A stretch of DNA of 64,000 bases from Candidatus Hermodarchaeota archaeon (GTDB taxonomy: Archaea; Asgardarchaeota; Thorarchaeia; Thorarchaeales; Thorarchaeaceae): assembly GCA_048885865.1 (NCBI GenBank), contig JBHLLF010000017.1, forward strand, positions 314-64,313, written 5' to 3'. The stretch's first letter is position 1. Every line of letters starts with the position of its first letter. Position numbers and translations under genes: made by a program. Below, one piece after another: positions 28,599-39,300 of this stretch. A model generated the notes under the pieces. It saw only the letters and a list, made by a program, of their open reading frames with translations, was not told the DNA's origin and did no database searches.

Positions 28599-28704
28599 AT
28601 CCAGTCATCTAGGAGAGATTCCCACGTAAATATGCATGGCTAGACCTTTACAATTCATTCATTGTCTCCATAAAAACCATGCAACAATATCTTATATTCA
28701 ACAA

Positions 28705-28728
28705 TAATACTATAGATTATATATTGAT
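28705..28728 (+). promoter_or_regulatory. TATA-like element upstream of giant gene 2
   Basis: aataaTACTATAGATTATATATTGata lies about 80-95 nt upstream of ATG 28805, in an AT-rich spacer downstream of a terminator. Confidence 0.35.
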
Positions 28729-28804
28729 AGCGCGCCAAGCTCGCTTCTTCGTTGAGATTAAGGCTATCATGCATGTGGCCTGTGGTCTCGCCACCTATTG
28801 AGTC

Positions 28805-31800
28805 ATGGTGCGCAAGGAGTTAACGAATTTGCGACGACGAGAATCCAGACGTGCACTGTTTTCTCTAGTTGCTGTTATGCTATTTCTACTTTCAATGACA
28901 TATGCGGGAAGTACTGCAGCTGTTCCAGCCACCACGACAGCGGCTATTTCACCATTATATTATACACCATCCGCAATCACCAGCCAGGAGCCTGAGAATG
29001 GCACCTATGTCTGGTGGAATCAGGACAGTAACAGCACTAGTGACGAGTGGACGTGGAACAACAGGAATTGGCTGTTTGGTCCAAGGCCTTCATTTGAGAT
29101 ATTCCATGCAAATGGAAGCCTTCTGACCAAGGACAGCTATGCTGAGATAGGCGAAATCCTGAGGTTCGTGGTGACTGTGCCCAGAGGCGTCTTTACTCAA
29201 GATGCCGACATTGGGCGTGTCCAGTTCTACGGATGGTATATGACTCAAGATTACAACTACTCAGCAAACTTCGATTTCAGCTACGACAGCTGGAATATCG
29301 ACAATCATTGGTGGGCATATAGCAGTCAGTGGAACTACACTGAGGAGCCTAATCCGATTAATCCAATTGATCCCTACGAACCACCGCCACCAATGCCGAG
29401 CTTCATTGACATTTATCCGGGTCAATGTTCCATTACAAGTGATCCTGATGCATATTATCTGACTTTTGCTGTGAGCTTCATTGCAGAGGCTCCATTGGGT
29501 CTCTATGAGCTGAACATGAATGTAGAGGATGACCAATGGAACTGGATTGGTTCCTACAACTATGGTTCAGGCTGGGAGTTCACAGGAATAGCAGTAGGAA
29601 TGTATGCAGACATGGCCTGGGCCACATCCTATGGTGGATCTTACACCCTACAGAAGCTGGACATGTCCGGAGATGCACTCTACTCAGTAGCAAGGGGTAC
29701 AGACTTCATGATGAGGTTCAACATCTCGGGCGATATTGAGTATGCGATGCTTGGCTTTAGAATGCCTTCTGACATGTATGTCACTGTCAATGTTACAGGA
29801 TGGCATGATGAAATGGTCACAACTACAGGTGCTTGGGAATACGATGATTTTGTGCAGACATATATCTGGAATGCTTCCAAGCAGGTGACCTACATGCAAC
29901 ATGTCTTTGGCCCTTATGAGCAACGTCAATATACATCGCTTGGCATTTCTGAAGAAGTCAATGTGACTGTCATCCGTGAAGACTGGAACAATGTCACAAT
30001 GACCTATGACAAGTATTTGGCAAATGAAACCTATTGGGTCGAGCGCCAATTCTTCTACATCTATAATCAGACAACTTCTTCGTTCGAAAGCTACTACGGA
30101 TACACATACTATGGCTATCCCCACGACTACATAGTCAATGAATGGGACTGGAACGAGGAGATCATGATTGTAGAGCCAATCCCTGCAGATCTACCAGTAT
30201 TCTTCGAGCTTAACACGACAAGGAGCTCTGCTCAGCTGAAAAATAACGAGCTGGTAGTAGACTTTGTTGGTCACTTCACGGACAAGATGCCAAAGACAGG
30301 CGAAGGCATGTACTTCGAGTTCTTTGACAGAGTAGTTGGTCCTGACAACTGGTACTATGGCCCAGCCACTTGCGGAGAAAGACCTCGCCAGACAGAGAGC
30401 GAATATCAAATGGCTAGGCGAATCACCATTGAGACCCCTGTGACAATTGCTAGACTTCTGAGGCCCGATGGTTCTGAGCCATCTGGATGGATGTTCCAGG
30501 CGGACAAGGGTGCGCCTTTCAAAGTCCGTGGAAGGCTTCAAGGCGGCAGTGACATCGCTGATGATATCGATGCAGCCAGTCTTATGCTAAGGGCCTATGA
30601 TGGCTACTGGACAGAGGAAGAATATGGTTGGTCAGAACTGACATATGAGATCGAGGTGGGCGTTGATGGAACTCCCAGATTGCGTGCGTTCAACTTCACC
30701 GAGAAGCACAACTATACTTGGGGTATGTACATGGACTATGTCTACTCTAACGTCACTGGTTGGCATGACGCATACAATGAGGAAACCAATGCTTGGGAGT
30801 GGACCTATGGTGAATACCAAGAATGGCTTTGGACCGAGGTTGAAGGTTGGCATTGGCAATGGTGGTACTTTAACCAGCTAACTGGCAAATGGCAGACCGA
30901 TTACATCCCTTACCAGAGCGCAGAGACCGAGGTTGTTGCAGACTTCTGCACAACATCTGGATTCTCTAGCTGGTCCGAGGGCGGCGACTTCTTCTTGGAG
31001 TTCGATGTTGTCATGGCTCCTCACGTACCTGACACAAACTACTGGTGGGAGTTCGCCTTCATGAACAACACTTGGTTTGAGGACTACTCAAGCAATTATG
31101 GTGAGCATGAAGTCCTGAGCTGGGACCGTGAGTGGATATACAGCTTTGACTACCTCGGTGAGAAGGTTTACATGGATCCTGTAGCGGAGAACCAGCTTGC
31201 CTTTTTCAATGGAACTCTGAGTTCAGACTTCATGATTGGCAAGGAAAGCCCATACATTGTTATCAACGACGAGAAGCTACCAGTCAAGGTTCGAGAGAAC
31301 TTCGACCCCGGCTGTGGGACCACTTGGACTGAGATGTTCTTCTATAGTCACATGGACCCAGCAACTGGCAAAGATGTCTACTTCTATGAGCTAATGAATG
31401 GTACAAAGATCTATGTCAGCTACACAGACGTAGTTTACATCTTCAATGTCACATCTCTTTTCGGAGACTCATTCCTCACAGCAATGAGTTACGATTGGGG
31501 TTGGTTTGATGGCACTAATTCCTACAATTATTGGATCGATATCTATGGTGGAATACACCAAGGTGGTTTGGAATACTATTGGGGTAATAGCGTTATTGAG
31601 CTATATGACAGGGTCGAGGTAGATTTCAACAATATAGGCTATTTCATGAGATACGGTACCGATAAGATGCTGAACGTTTCGAATTGGTACTGGAGCAGCA
31701 GAGATGGGATGTACTTTGTTGAAGGTACTGACCACAATCTCTACGAGATGGTCTATAACGAGACAGACTACTACTATCATATCTTCATTGAAGGCAAGTG

Positions 31801-34681
31801 GCAACTCTGTAGCTGGCCCGAGCGGTACTACATAGCTGATTTCGAGGGATCTGAAGCAATGCTGTTTACATACGACCAGCATCGGTTCTGGTTCCACGAG
31901 TCTGAAGGCGTTAAACATGAAATGCCATATCCTGGCGCGAACGCTCCTTGGCACTATGAGATGAGTCACACAATCTCTGAGGGCGGCTTTGTGCCAACTA
32001 CCAAGTCACTGCTGTACAATGACAGGGCCTATCCAGTATACAACATCTCGATGGACTACTTTGTAGACATTGCAGGTGCAACATACTCTCTGGACATGAC
32101 CTATGTTCCCCACTCTGTTGCTAATGGGACAGACATCTGGGCTCCACTTAGAGTAGGAGTCGAGGGTGTCGTTGGTGACTTCGATAACGATCTGCTCTTC
32201 TCTGAAGTTGAGACGATCCAATACTACACTCCTGACATGATGGGTCAGCCCCGTTGGGACTCAATGCATGGCTATTATGTCATCGACCTCTTCAATGGGA
32301 CGAAGTGGATTGCCAACTACTCTTATGCGATGCTCCTGAATGAATTTGATTACTCTGGAGTGACATTCTATTCTGCTCAGGACTATCCATACTACTACGA
32401 AGATGGCAACTCGTCCTGGTACGAGTACTGTCTTATCAATGGCACATATCTTGAGGTTCCTGACTTTGATAGTGCCACACGAGTTGGCAGACATTTGGTA
32501 TATACCTATGAAAGCCCAATGAATGGCACCGTCTTTGACTTCATGTCAGAAACCTATCTCATCTATTACTGGGGCATGAATGTTTGGGGATACACAGTCC
32601 ACAATGCCACATATTCAGGAACGCTATTCTTGAATATGCAGATGGGCGGCCATGATGTCCTCCAGTTTGACTATCTTGGAACTCCTGTCACTGCTACTGC
32701 AGCCTTTGAGAGCATCGAACGGATGCGTCAGAGATGGGGCTATGCTCTAGTATATGGTCCATCTCCGATTCAGAGTGATGTCTACAAGAACTTCTACGAC
32801 CTCATTATTGGTGTTCCCGAATGGGGCATGTGGGGCTTGAAGAACTGGGATATCAATCCTGATAACGGCGCGCTTGACCTTGACGGAGACCTTGAAACAG
32901 TGGATGATCAGTACTTCGTACAGGAGCAGTACACTTCAACTGATAGCTGGACCCATACTTGGGACCGAATGGATGTCCACATAACTTGGGATCCGAACGG
33001 CACGATCTGGGGTGATGAGATGAATGTCAATTCCTGGCTAGGTTTAGACATCTTCTCATGGACCTATGAATGGTCACAGACTTTCTATTGGTACACGACC
33101 GATATGGTTCAACTTGATGCTTTACAAATGCAGAGCGTCAAGGACACTCTGTTGACTGCTGAAGGCGATGCCCGCCCAGGATACTGGGACATATCTTGGA
33201 TGGCTAAGAATGTGACATGGGCTGATCTGGTGGCTGAAGCAGAGGCCAACGGTTGGGACTGGATCACATCGAATGAACAGACCTGGACTTGGATGAGCTT
33301 CGGCGTGGGTCAAGATTACGGCACAAGTTACGATGACTTCGGTACAGAGCACTGGGCTCGTATCGGAATGCACTATGAGTATAGCGGTCTAATGATCTGG
33401 GAAGACCTGAACGACAACGGTCAGATGGATGTCGACTTATTCGACCCCGGCAGTGGTGAACTCAGTCATTATCTGATTCCTGATTCTGTCGGCAGCGTTG
33501 GATTTGTCACTCCAGGCCAGGCTTATGGCAATCCCGACTCCCAGGGCTACATGCATCTAGACCTCTTGGATGAGGTCACTTGGGGCGTGAACTTCTATGA
33601 GATTAATGGGACATCGTTCCCATTCACTCTGGATGGCTATTGGGGTTGGTACGATGGTTTCATGACTGGTTCTGACCTTAGAGGCTTCGATCAGCGACCC
33701 ACTGAGGTGGTTATCGATGAGATCTCGTTCTTAGTGCACTTCCAGGGATACATTGACGCAGAGTCACTGAACAACTACGCTGACATCAAAGTCGACAACT
33801 ATGTTGGCAACTGGGATGTCGACATGATTGGTGGTCGCGACAACTTGAAGAACCGCTCTCTGGCTCTCAATTACTTCGCAGACGTGAATATGCACGACTT
33901 CGCCTTCAAGGCAGAAGGGTCCGTCGCGGACAATGAGATGACCGTTAGCGCAGATGTCTTCGAGTTTGAGACTGCAACAGCACAGTTTGCGAAGATGATC
34001 ATGGGCGGTGTCACCTACGACTGGGGCAAGAACACTTCTGCCTCCTATGATGTCGTTAGCTACACCACACCTGTTGGTACATTCCGAACGGCGTTCGAGT
34101 CAGATAACGGCAAGTCGGCGACTTCCTGGTCATTTGGCTCTAACATGTTCTACGTGACTATTGGCTTCCCGCAATGGGATGGCTACAGTGTCTACCAAGA
34201 CCCAGTGTTTGTGAGCTACGTATCAAGGGCTGGTGCACCAGACCTGCCTGAGGGCATGTACATCGGTCCATTGACCCTTGATATAGCCACACCTACTGCG
34301 ACCGACACCGTTACAGTGAGAGTAGATGTCTATTCTGAAACTGAACCAATCTATGGGGTTGACCTCATGTACGGCACAGACGGCGAGAATTGGTGGTCTG
34401 ATCCGATGTCGAAGGAAGGAGAATACACCTATGTTGGTATAATTCCACCTTTCGAAGACCAGACAGAGGTCTTCTACATGGTTATGGTCCACACACAGGG
34501 TGGCGACTATCAATCTCAGGTCAGTAGCTACATTGTCGGTGGCAGACAGACAACATATCCTGGAGGATTTGATCTTGACATGGACATGCTGATGCTTCTT
34601 GGAGGCGGAGGATTTGTCCTTGCCATGATCGGCGGTCTTGTCCGTAGGCGACGCCGAGGTCGTACATCTTACGAATGGTAA
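28805..34681 (+). CDS. Giant secreted, C-terminally anchored W/Y-rich glycoprotein candidate (1958 aa), collinear paralog of 21927-28544
   Basis: Signal/anchor ALFSLVAVMLFLLSMTYAGSTAA. Shared blocks with giant 1: GVPEWGMWGLKNWDINPDNGALDLDGDLETVDDQYFV; ARPGYWDISWMAKNVTWADLVAEAEANGWDW; QDPVFVSYVSRAG. It has one C-terminal Ig-like domain. Tail is YPGGFDLDMDMLMLLGGGGFVLAMIGGLVRRRRRG. Confidence 0.9.
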   Translation: MVRKELTNLRRRESRRALFSLVAVMLFLLSMTYAGSTAAVPATTTAAISPLYYTPSAITSQEPENGTYVWWNQDSNSTSDEWTWNNRNWLFGPRPSFEIFHANGSLLTKDSYAEIGEILRFVVTVPRGVFTQDADIGRVQFYGWYMTQDYNYSANFDFSYDSWNIDNHWWAYSSQWNYTEEPNPINPIDPYEPPPPMPSFIDIYPGQCSITSDPDAYYLTFAVSFIAEAPLGLYELNMNVEDDQWNWIGSYNYGSGWEFTGIAVGMYADMAWATSYGGSYTLQKLDMSGDALYSVARGTDFMMRFNISGDIEYAMLGFRMPSDMYVTVNVTGWHDEMVTTTGAWEYDDFVQTYIWNASKQVTYMQHVFGPYEQRQYTSLGISEEVNVTVIREDWNNVTMTYDKYLANETYWVERQFFYIYNQTTSSFESYYGYTYYGYPHDYIVNEWDWNEEIMIVEPIPADLPVFFELNTTRSSAQLKNNELVVDFVGHFTDKMPKTGEGMYFEFFDRVVGPDNWYYGPATCGERPRQTESEYQMARRITIETPVTIARLLRPDGSEPSGWMFQADKGAPFKVRGRLQGGSDIADDIDAASLMLRAYDGYWTEEEYGWSELTYEIEVGVDGTPRLRAFNFTEKHNYTWGMYMDYVYSNVTGWHDAYNEETNAWEWTYGEYQEWLWTEVEGWHWQWWYFNQLTGKWQTDYIPYQSAETEVVADFCTTSGFSSWSEGGDFFLEFDVVMAPHVPDTNYWWEFAFMNNTWFEDYSSNYGEHEVLSWDREWIYSFDYLGEKVYMDPVAENQLAFFNGTLSSDFMIGKESPYIVINDEKLPVKVRENFDPGCGTTWTEMFFYSHMDPATGKDVYFYELMNGTKIYVSYTDVVYIFNVTSLFGDSFLTAMSYDWGWFDGTNSYNYWIDIYGGIHQGGLEYYWGNSVIELYDRVEVDFNNIGYFMRYGTDKMLNVSNWYWSSRDGMYFVEGTDHNLYEMVYNETDYYYHIFIEGKWQLCSWPERYYIADFEGSEAMLFTYDQHRFWFHESEGVKHEMPYPGANAPWHYEMSHTISEGGFVPTTKSLLYNDRAYPVYNISMDYFVDIAGATYSLDMTYVPHSVANGTDIWAPLRVGVEGVVGDFDNDLLFSEVETIQYYTPDMMGQPRWDSMHGYYVIDLFNGTKWIANYSYAMLLNEFDYSGVTFYSAQDYPYYYEDGNSSWYEYCLINGTYLEVPDFDSATRVGRHLVYTYESPMNGTVFDFMSETYLIYYWGMNVWGYTVHNATYSGTLFLNMQMGGHDVLQFDYLGTPVTATAAFESIERMRQRWGYALVYGPSPIQSDVYKNFYDLIIGVPEWGMWGLKNWDINPDNGALDLDGDLETVDDQYFVQEQYTSTDSWTHTWDRMDVHITWDPNGTIWGDEMNVNSWLGLDIFSWTYEWSQTFYWYTTDMVQLDALQMQSVKDTLLTAEGDARPGYWDISWMAKNVTWADLVAEAEANGWDWITSNEQTWTWMSFGVGQDYGTSYDDFGTEHWARIGMHYEYSGLMIWEDLNDNGQMDVDLFDPGSGELSHYLIPDSVGSVGFVTPGQAYGNPDSQGYMHLDLLDEVTWGVNFYEINGTSFPFTLDGYWGWYDGFMTGSDLRGFDQRPTEVVIDEISFLVHFQGYIDAESLNNYADIKVDNYVGNWDVDMIGGRDNLKNRSLALNYFADVNMHDFAFKAEGSVADNEMTVSADVFEFETATAQFAKMIMGGVTYDWGKNTSASYDVVSYTTPVGTFRTAFESDNGKSATSWSFGSNMFYVTIGFPQWDGYSVYQDPVFVSYVSRAGAPDLPEGMYIGPLTLDIATPTATDTVTVRVDVYSETEPIYGVDLMYGTDGENWWSDPMSKEGEYTYVGIIPPFEDQTEVFYMVMVHTQGGDYQSQVSSYIVGGRQTTYPGGFDLDMDMLMLLGGGGFVLAMIGGLVRRRRRGRTSYEW

Positions 34682-34686
34682 GACGG

Positions 34687-34720
34687 AGGGGGGAAACCCC
34701 CTCTACCCTTTCTTTTTCTC
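34687..34720. terminator. Hairpin plus T-tract at the junction of the two convergent giant-protein operons
   Basis: GAGGGGG-aaa-CCCCCTC stem-loop at 34687-34703, then taccctttctttttctc. Confidence 0.5.
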
Positions 34721-34750
34721 ATATCAAATTCCAGAAGTAGATTTGCCGTT

Positions 34751-35197
34751 CTACGAAATGAGAGTCGGCTTTAGCTTGTTATGGAAGAACCTGATTCCTG
34801 CAAGATGTGCTTCGTATGTTGTGTTGAAGATATCATATGAGATACCAGTGACTGGCATCGCATTTCTGATTATTAGATAGTTCTTCTTGTCTATGCCAAA
34901 GGTCATCTCTGCTAGCCTTGCATTTGATTTCAGAAGAGCCTCATACAGCTTGGTCCTTTTTGAAACGGAGCTTAAGTCCATGAGTCTTGTTGTTAGGGTG
35001 ATCCAATGCTTGCCCGGAAATACTTCGATCTCCTTGGTTTCAGTCGGTCCATATGGGTACAAACTGAAAGTCTTTCTTCCATGTTCCTCGAAATTGACCT
35101 CCAGTCTCTTAAGATACTCTTTTGCAATGAACCACGTAGTGCTCATATTTATCGACTCGTCTCGGGCAGAGCTGTGCATGGGATTCTGTCTCAGCAT
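34751..35197 (-). CDS. Small soluble protein, possible YbjN / type-III-secretion-chaperone-like fold
   Basis: 148-aa ORF with ATG start, no TM helix and no signal peptide. The pattern FIAKEYLKRLEVNFEE...ITLTTRLMDL...LYEALLKSNARLAEMTFGIDKKNYLIIRNAMPVTGISYDIF resembles YbjN-family proteins. This is memory-based and weak. Confidence 0.55.
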   Translation of the reverse strand: MLRQNPMHSSARDESINMSTTWFIAKEYLKRLEVNFEEHGRKTFSLYPYGPTETKEIEVFPGKHWITLTTRLMDLSSVSKRTKLYEALLKSNARLAEMTFGIDKKNYLIIRNAMPVTGISYDIFNTTYEAHLAGIRFFHNKLKPTLIS

Positions 35198-35291
35198 GAC
35201 CTAATGATAACTCCATTGCAGAAAGCTAGTAAAAGTCTTCGCTTTTTCTAGTGAAGCTCTCTTTTCCTCATGTTTCGATTCGTTTCCATTG

Positions 35292-36173
35292 TTATTCATA
35301 ATGCATTGAGCCATCATCAAGTCTTCTAACAGTCAGCTCGAATTCATTCCTTATACCAAGCCTTTTGGCAAATCCGAGAATGTAGCTGCGTCTCCTTCCT
35401 TCCGTTGCACCTACAAGCATTATTGCAGGAATTACCCAAAGCGTCACGATAATTGGTAGGATGAACAGGAAGAGAACTGCGGACCAATGCACTTGGCTAC
35501 CATATGTCCCCAGAAAGTCGAAGGTGAATTGGTACAAGGCAATGACGACGCCTATGCCTGCATAGCCTTTCAGAAGTGCCAGATACCACTTGCCAACTGC
35601 CTGTAGTTCTGCCGCACCATATTTGCTCATTAGCACAATTCCAGATTCATCGATTATCCAGGCGGCGGAAAAGAGAGCAAACGCAGGAGCCTGCAATAAG
35701 GCACCTAGGACAAAGAACAGGAAGATGATACTGTTCCATTGTAGATAATAGTCCTGGAAAAATGGGATGCCCATTATTGTAGAATCGAATATCAGAGTCA
35801 GAGTGAAGTTCGTCGCCATCAATGCGGGGAAGAATCCCATACGCATACCATGCGACCTCTCCATTGCATGCTGTTCCTGTATAGCAAACAGGTTATTTCT
35901 TCCCATATACTTCTTGTAGACCCACAGGAGGAGAGGGGCTAATGCGAAGCCAATTAGGGTTCCAATAATAGCAGAAACGGGAAACAGTAGGACTACCCAC
36001 CCTGCAGCACTTGTTACACTGAACAACACCGTCAAGGGAATGATCGCGATAATGGACACTATTGCTGGTCTTGTGTATTTCATTTCAATCCCCCACTGAA
36101 TATCATCTAAGATGGATAATTGATGCAATCTTTCCCTGCACCTTATATTTATGCTGAAACTCAAATTGAGCAC
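35292..36173 (-). CDS. Polytopic membrane protein (about 6-7 TM), uncharacterised
   Basis: Hydrophobic helices run throughout the ORF. GTG at 36173; the more likely start is ATG at 36083 (MKYTRPAIVSIIAIIPL...). No Cys, His or Ser catalytic motifs recognised. Confidence 0.7.
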   Translation of the reverse strand: MLNLSFSINIRCRERLHQLSILDDIQWGIEMKYTRPAIVSIIAIIPLTVLFSVTSAAGWVVLLFPVSAIIGTLIGFALAPLLLWVYKKYMGRNNLFAIQEQHAMERSHGMRMGFFPALMATNFTLTLIFDSTIMGIPFFQDYYLQWNSIIFLFFVLGALLQAPAFALFSAAWIIDESGIVLMSKYGAAELQAVGKWYLALLKGYAGIGVVIALYQFTFDFLGTYGSQVHWSAVLFLFILPIIVTLWVIPAIMLVGATEGRRRSYILGFAKRLGIRNEFELTVRRLDDGSMHYE

Positions 36174-36334
36174 AGAAGCCTATATTCCACATTTCTGAAG
36201 TTCAGCCCCTTTTTCTGCGGTTTGGAGAGTTGACAACGGTGTACCTGCAATTATCGCGTCACAGCTTTTGATGAAGAACACTTGCTATCTTCAACCATTT
36301 CTTATCATTGCGATAGATTGGCAGATTTTCCATT

Positions 36335-39300
36335 TCATTCCGTAAGGCTGCTGAAGTCTGCTTCAAATTCAGGCATCGACTTGCGTCTTCTAATCCAAAC
36401 TGCTACGACAGCTATTCCTATGAAACCACCCAGAACAACTAAAATCAAAAGCAGGTTTGGTGGAGTTATCACTATTGCATTCAATTTCCCTCCAATGCCA
36501 TAGAGTGAGAGATGAGTAACTCGAGCCCAGACACATCCTGCATATGCCTCGCCATAGACTTCGATGTCCGTGGTGTTGACACCCATGTCCAACACCCACT
36601 CTAAATCTCTTGACAGCTTTGTCCATGTATCAGCGACATCATCGTACCAATACATTGTCAGAGTAGTTTCATTGAAGTCCATAAAGCCATCAAAGCTTCC
36701 ATCTCCATCCCGATCAATATCAGAGAACCGATAATAGACCAAGATGAGAGCTTCATGCACAGGGATACTCGCCACTCCGTTAGAGGTGACTGAAACCTCT
36801 AGAAATCTTGACATAGCCTCATCCCCTTCTTCAAGGCCATTTTGATGGGTCAGCATATGTGGCGTATTTGTGGTGTTATATCGAGTCACTTGAATAAGTG
36901 GTAGTTCTGAACTCATCAACACCACTCCAATTACTGAGTCTGTTGCTTTTACCATGTCTATACAATCCAATGCAAAGGAGTATTCAACATTTAGCGCATG
37001 ACTCACTGGTATTATTTGATACTCCGCTATGAACGAATTGGCCAATATCGTCACATTTCTACATCTGAGAATCTGCAGCACATTATAGACATCCGCTGAA
37101 TACGCACTAGAGAGGATGACAACTGTCTGAGGACTATTCCAGACACAGTGGCGAATGGCAATCTCATGTGAACCAGGTTGCATCATGTCTGCAAGTACAC
37201 TACCAGTATCCTCCAAGATTTCATAGGTGAGTCCAGCAACAGTTTCACTCCCAGGATCTGGTCGCCCGACAAGGACTATGTACTGATAGTGTGTGTAGCT
37301 TGCCATCAATTCCTCCAATGAAACTACTATGACCTCGGTGTAATTTCCAAGACCCTGTGCGAAATCACGAGTGTAATTATATTCATCCCAATCACATGCT
37401 AGAATCACAGGCCCAGCAAACTCAGCAAATGTGTCGGGATCCTGCATGTCCGGGACGCCATCGAAGTCAGAATCGGAATTCCAGGGGTTGCTGCCCCACT
37501 CAAGCTCTTCTAGATCAAGGATGCCATCACCATCTGTATCATTATTTAATGGATCCAGCATGACTGACACCTCATACCCATCAGGCGCTCCGTCGTCATC
37601 TGAATCATTGTTTAGAGGGTCTGTACCGTAGAGGTACTCATCGCCATCTCTTAGCCCGTCTCCATCCGCATCTGGATTTGTGGGATCTGTGCCGAGTATA
37701 TTCTCAGCACCATCAAAACTGAAGTCACCGTCAGAGTCCGGTTGAAGCAGGTTCGTTCCATGAAGGTACTCCCAGAAATCAGTGAGTCCATCCTCGTCTG
37801 TATCTATGCTTCTCGGATTTGAGCCATATTGAAACTCAAGAAGGTCTGATAATCCTTCGCTGTCTGAGTCTGGTTCGAGGGGGTTACTTCCGAAGGTGAC
37901 CTCGGTGCCGTCTCCCAACGCTTCTCCGTCGGTGTCCCAGCATGTGATGTTTGTTCCCAGAATGCTCTCATCAAGGTCTGATAATCCATCGAGGTCTGTA
38001 TCCGGAATTAGCGGATTCGAACCAAGGATGAACTCGTCGTAATCAGAAAGTCCATCGAAATCTGTATCATTGAGTCGCGGGTCACTCGTCACATTGAATG
38101 TGCATGCATAAGTTGCGTTGAATTCGACATTGAGCTCCCATCCATCATCCTCATCAATATTCGACAGTCCATCTGCATCCCAGTCAGGATTTGTATTTGG
38201 TATGACATCACTAGCGTTTACTTGCGTCTGTGAGAACTTCGTAAAATTGCCCTCGCCCCCACCATTCCAGGCCGCTACTATAATATTCAGGTTGGAATCA
38301 ATATCCATTGACAACCCTGGTGTGTGGGATTCGTCCCAGGTGAAATTCTCGGAGTCAGTTCCTCGAATTATGAAGTTCGTGTCTTCAAATCCGTTTGGGT
38401 CAAACTTCCTGATACATCTACCTTCATTGTCGACAACATAGACTTGCTGATTCGAATCAACAACCACTCCCTGTGGATTAATGAAGCCATCTGGTAGAGC
38501 GGTCATAATCGAACCGTCACTCATATCTATCTTCGCTACTCGATTTGGCTGACCAAACTCTTCGCGATTATCAGCGACGTAGACATATTCATTCACATCA
38601 TCAACGGCTATAGCCTGAATTGTACCAAATTGATCAGGGCTGGGACCATTGCCTCCCCACGGTCCTGCTAGCACATCTCCCGTGGGACTTCGCTTCTCAA
38701 CTGTGGAGTCTGCATAAGAACTATCAAAGGCTAGATAAATATCTCCTGAAGAATCGACGTCTAATGAATTGACAAACTCATTTTCTTCAAACATGAGCGT
38801 CGGATCGAAAGAGCTGGGATCAGTCCTGTGTACTCCTTCCTCATTCCAATAGTACAGCCACCCGTTGCTCTCATCAATGGCGAGCGTAGATGCATAATCA
38901 CCCCAATCTTCAATAAACGTGCCATCAGGCGAGAACTTGAGGATTCCATACCTAATGTCATCCCCCTTAACGATTCCTACCTCAGTGCCTGCATAGATGA
39001 ACCCATTCGAGTCTATCGCGACATCAGGGCAGTAATCTTCTCGTTCTAGGTGATAGGTCGTCTTCCATTCAAAGTGAGATTCTGTTACGAACCTAGGGCC
39101 AGCCTTGTCCTTCTTGCCATCGCCATCAGTATCCTGTGACTTGGGATTGAGATTGCTCAGATATTCCTCACAATCATCGACGCCATCTCCATCAGAATCC
39201 TGAACCACTGGATTTGAAAACACTCTGGTTGAGAAGAGGATTTGGTTTGGGTCAGTGGATATATTATATTTGAAAGTCATTACCCAGCCGGCAACCTCCA

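Noticed and set aside
18738-28726. Shared ACTATAG(A)T(T)ATATA element upstream of the 934-aa gene (18738-18752) and giant gene 2 (28708-28726) as evidence of co-regulation
   Set aside because: The match is short, AT-rich and palindromic. The first copy could equally be the ferritin TATA box on the other strand. It is not distinguishable from generic TATA boxes without TSS data.
22984-34513. Numerous 60-146-aa ORFs on both strands inside the two giant plus-strand genes (for example 23079-23369, 25281-25610, 29684-30124, 31601-31969)
   Set aside because: All are nested inside uninterrupted multi-kb ORFs that have coherent protein features. Their translations are low-complexity or atypical. They are treated as shadow ORFs.
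35292-36173. Tested the idea that the polytopic membrane protein between the giant genes is an archaeosortase/exosortase for the shared C-terminal tails
   Set aside because: The mature sequence (from MKYTRP...) contains no cysteine and none of the conserved Arg/His/Cys pattern expected for exosortase-family transpeptidases.
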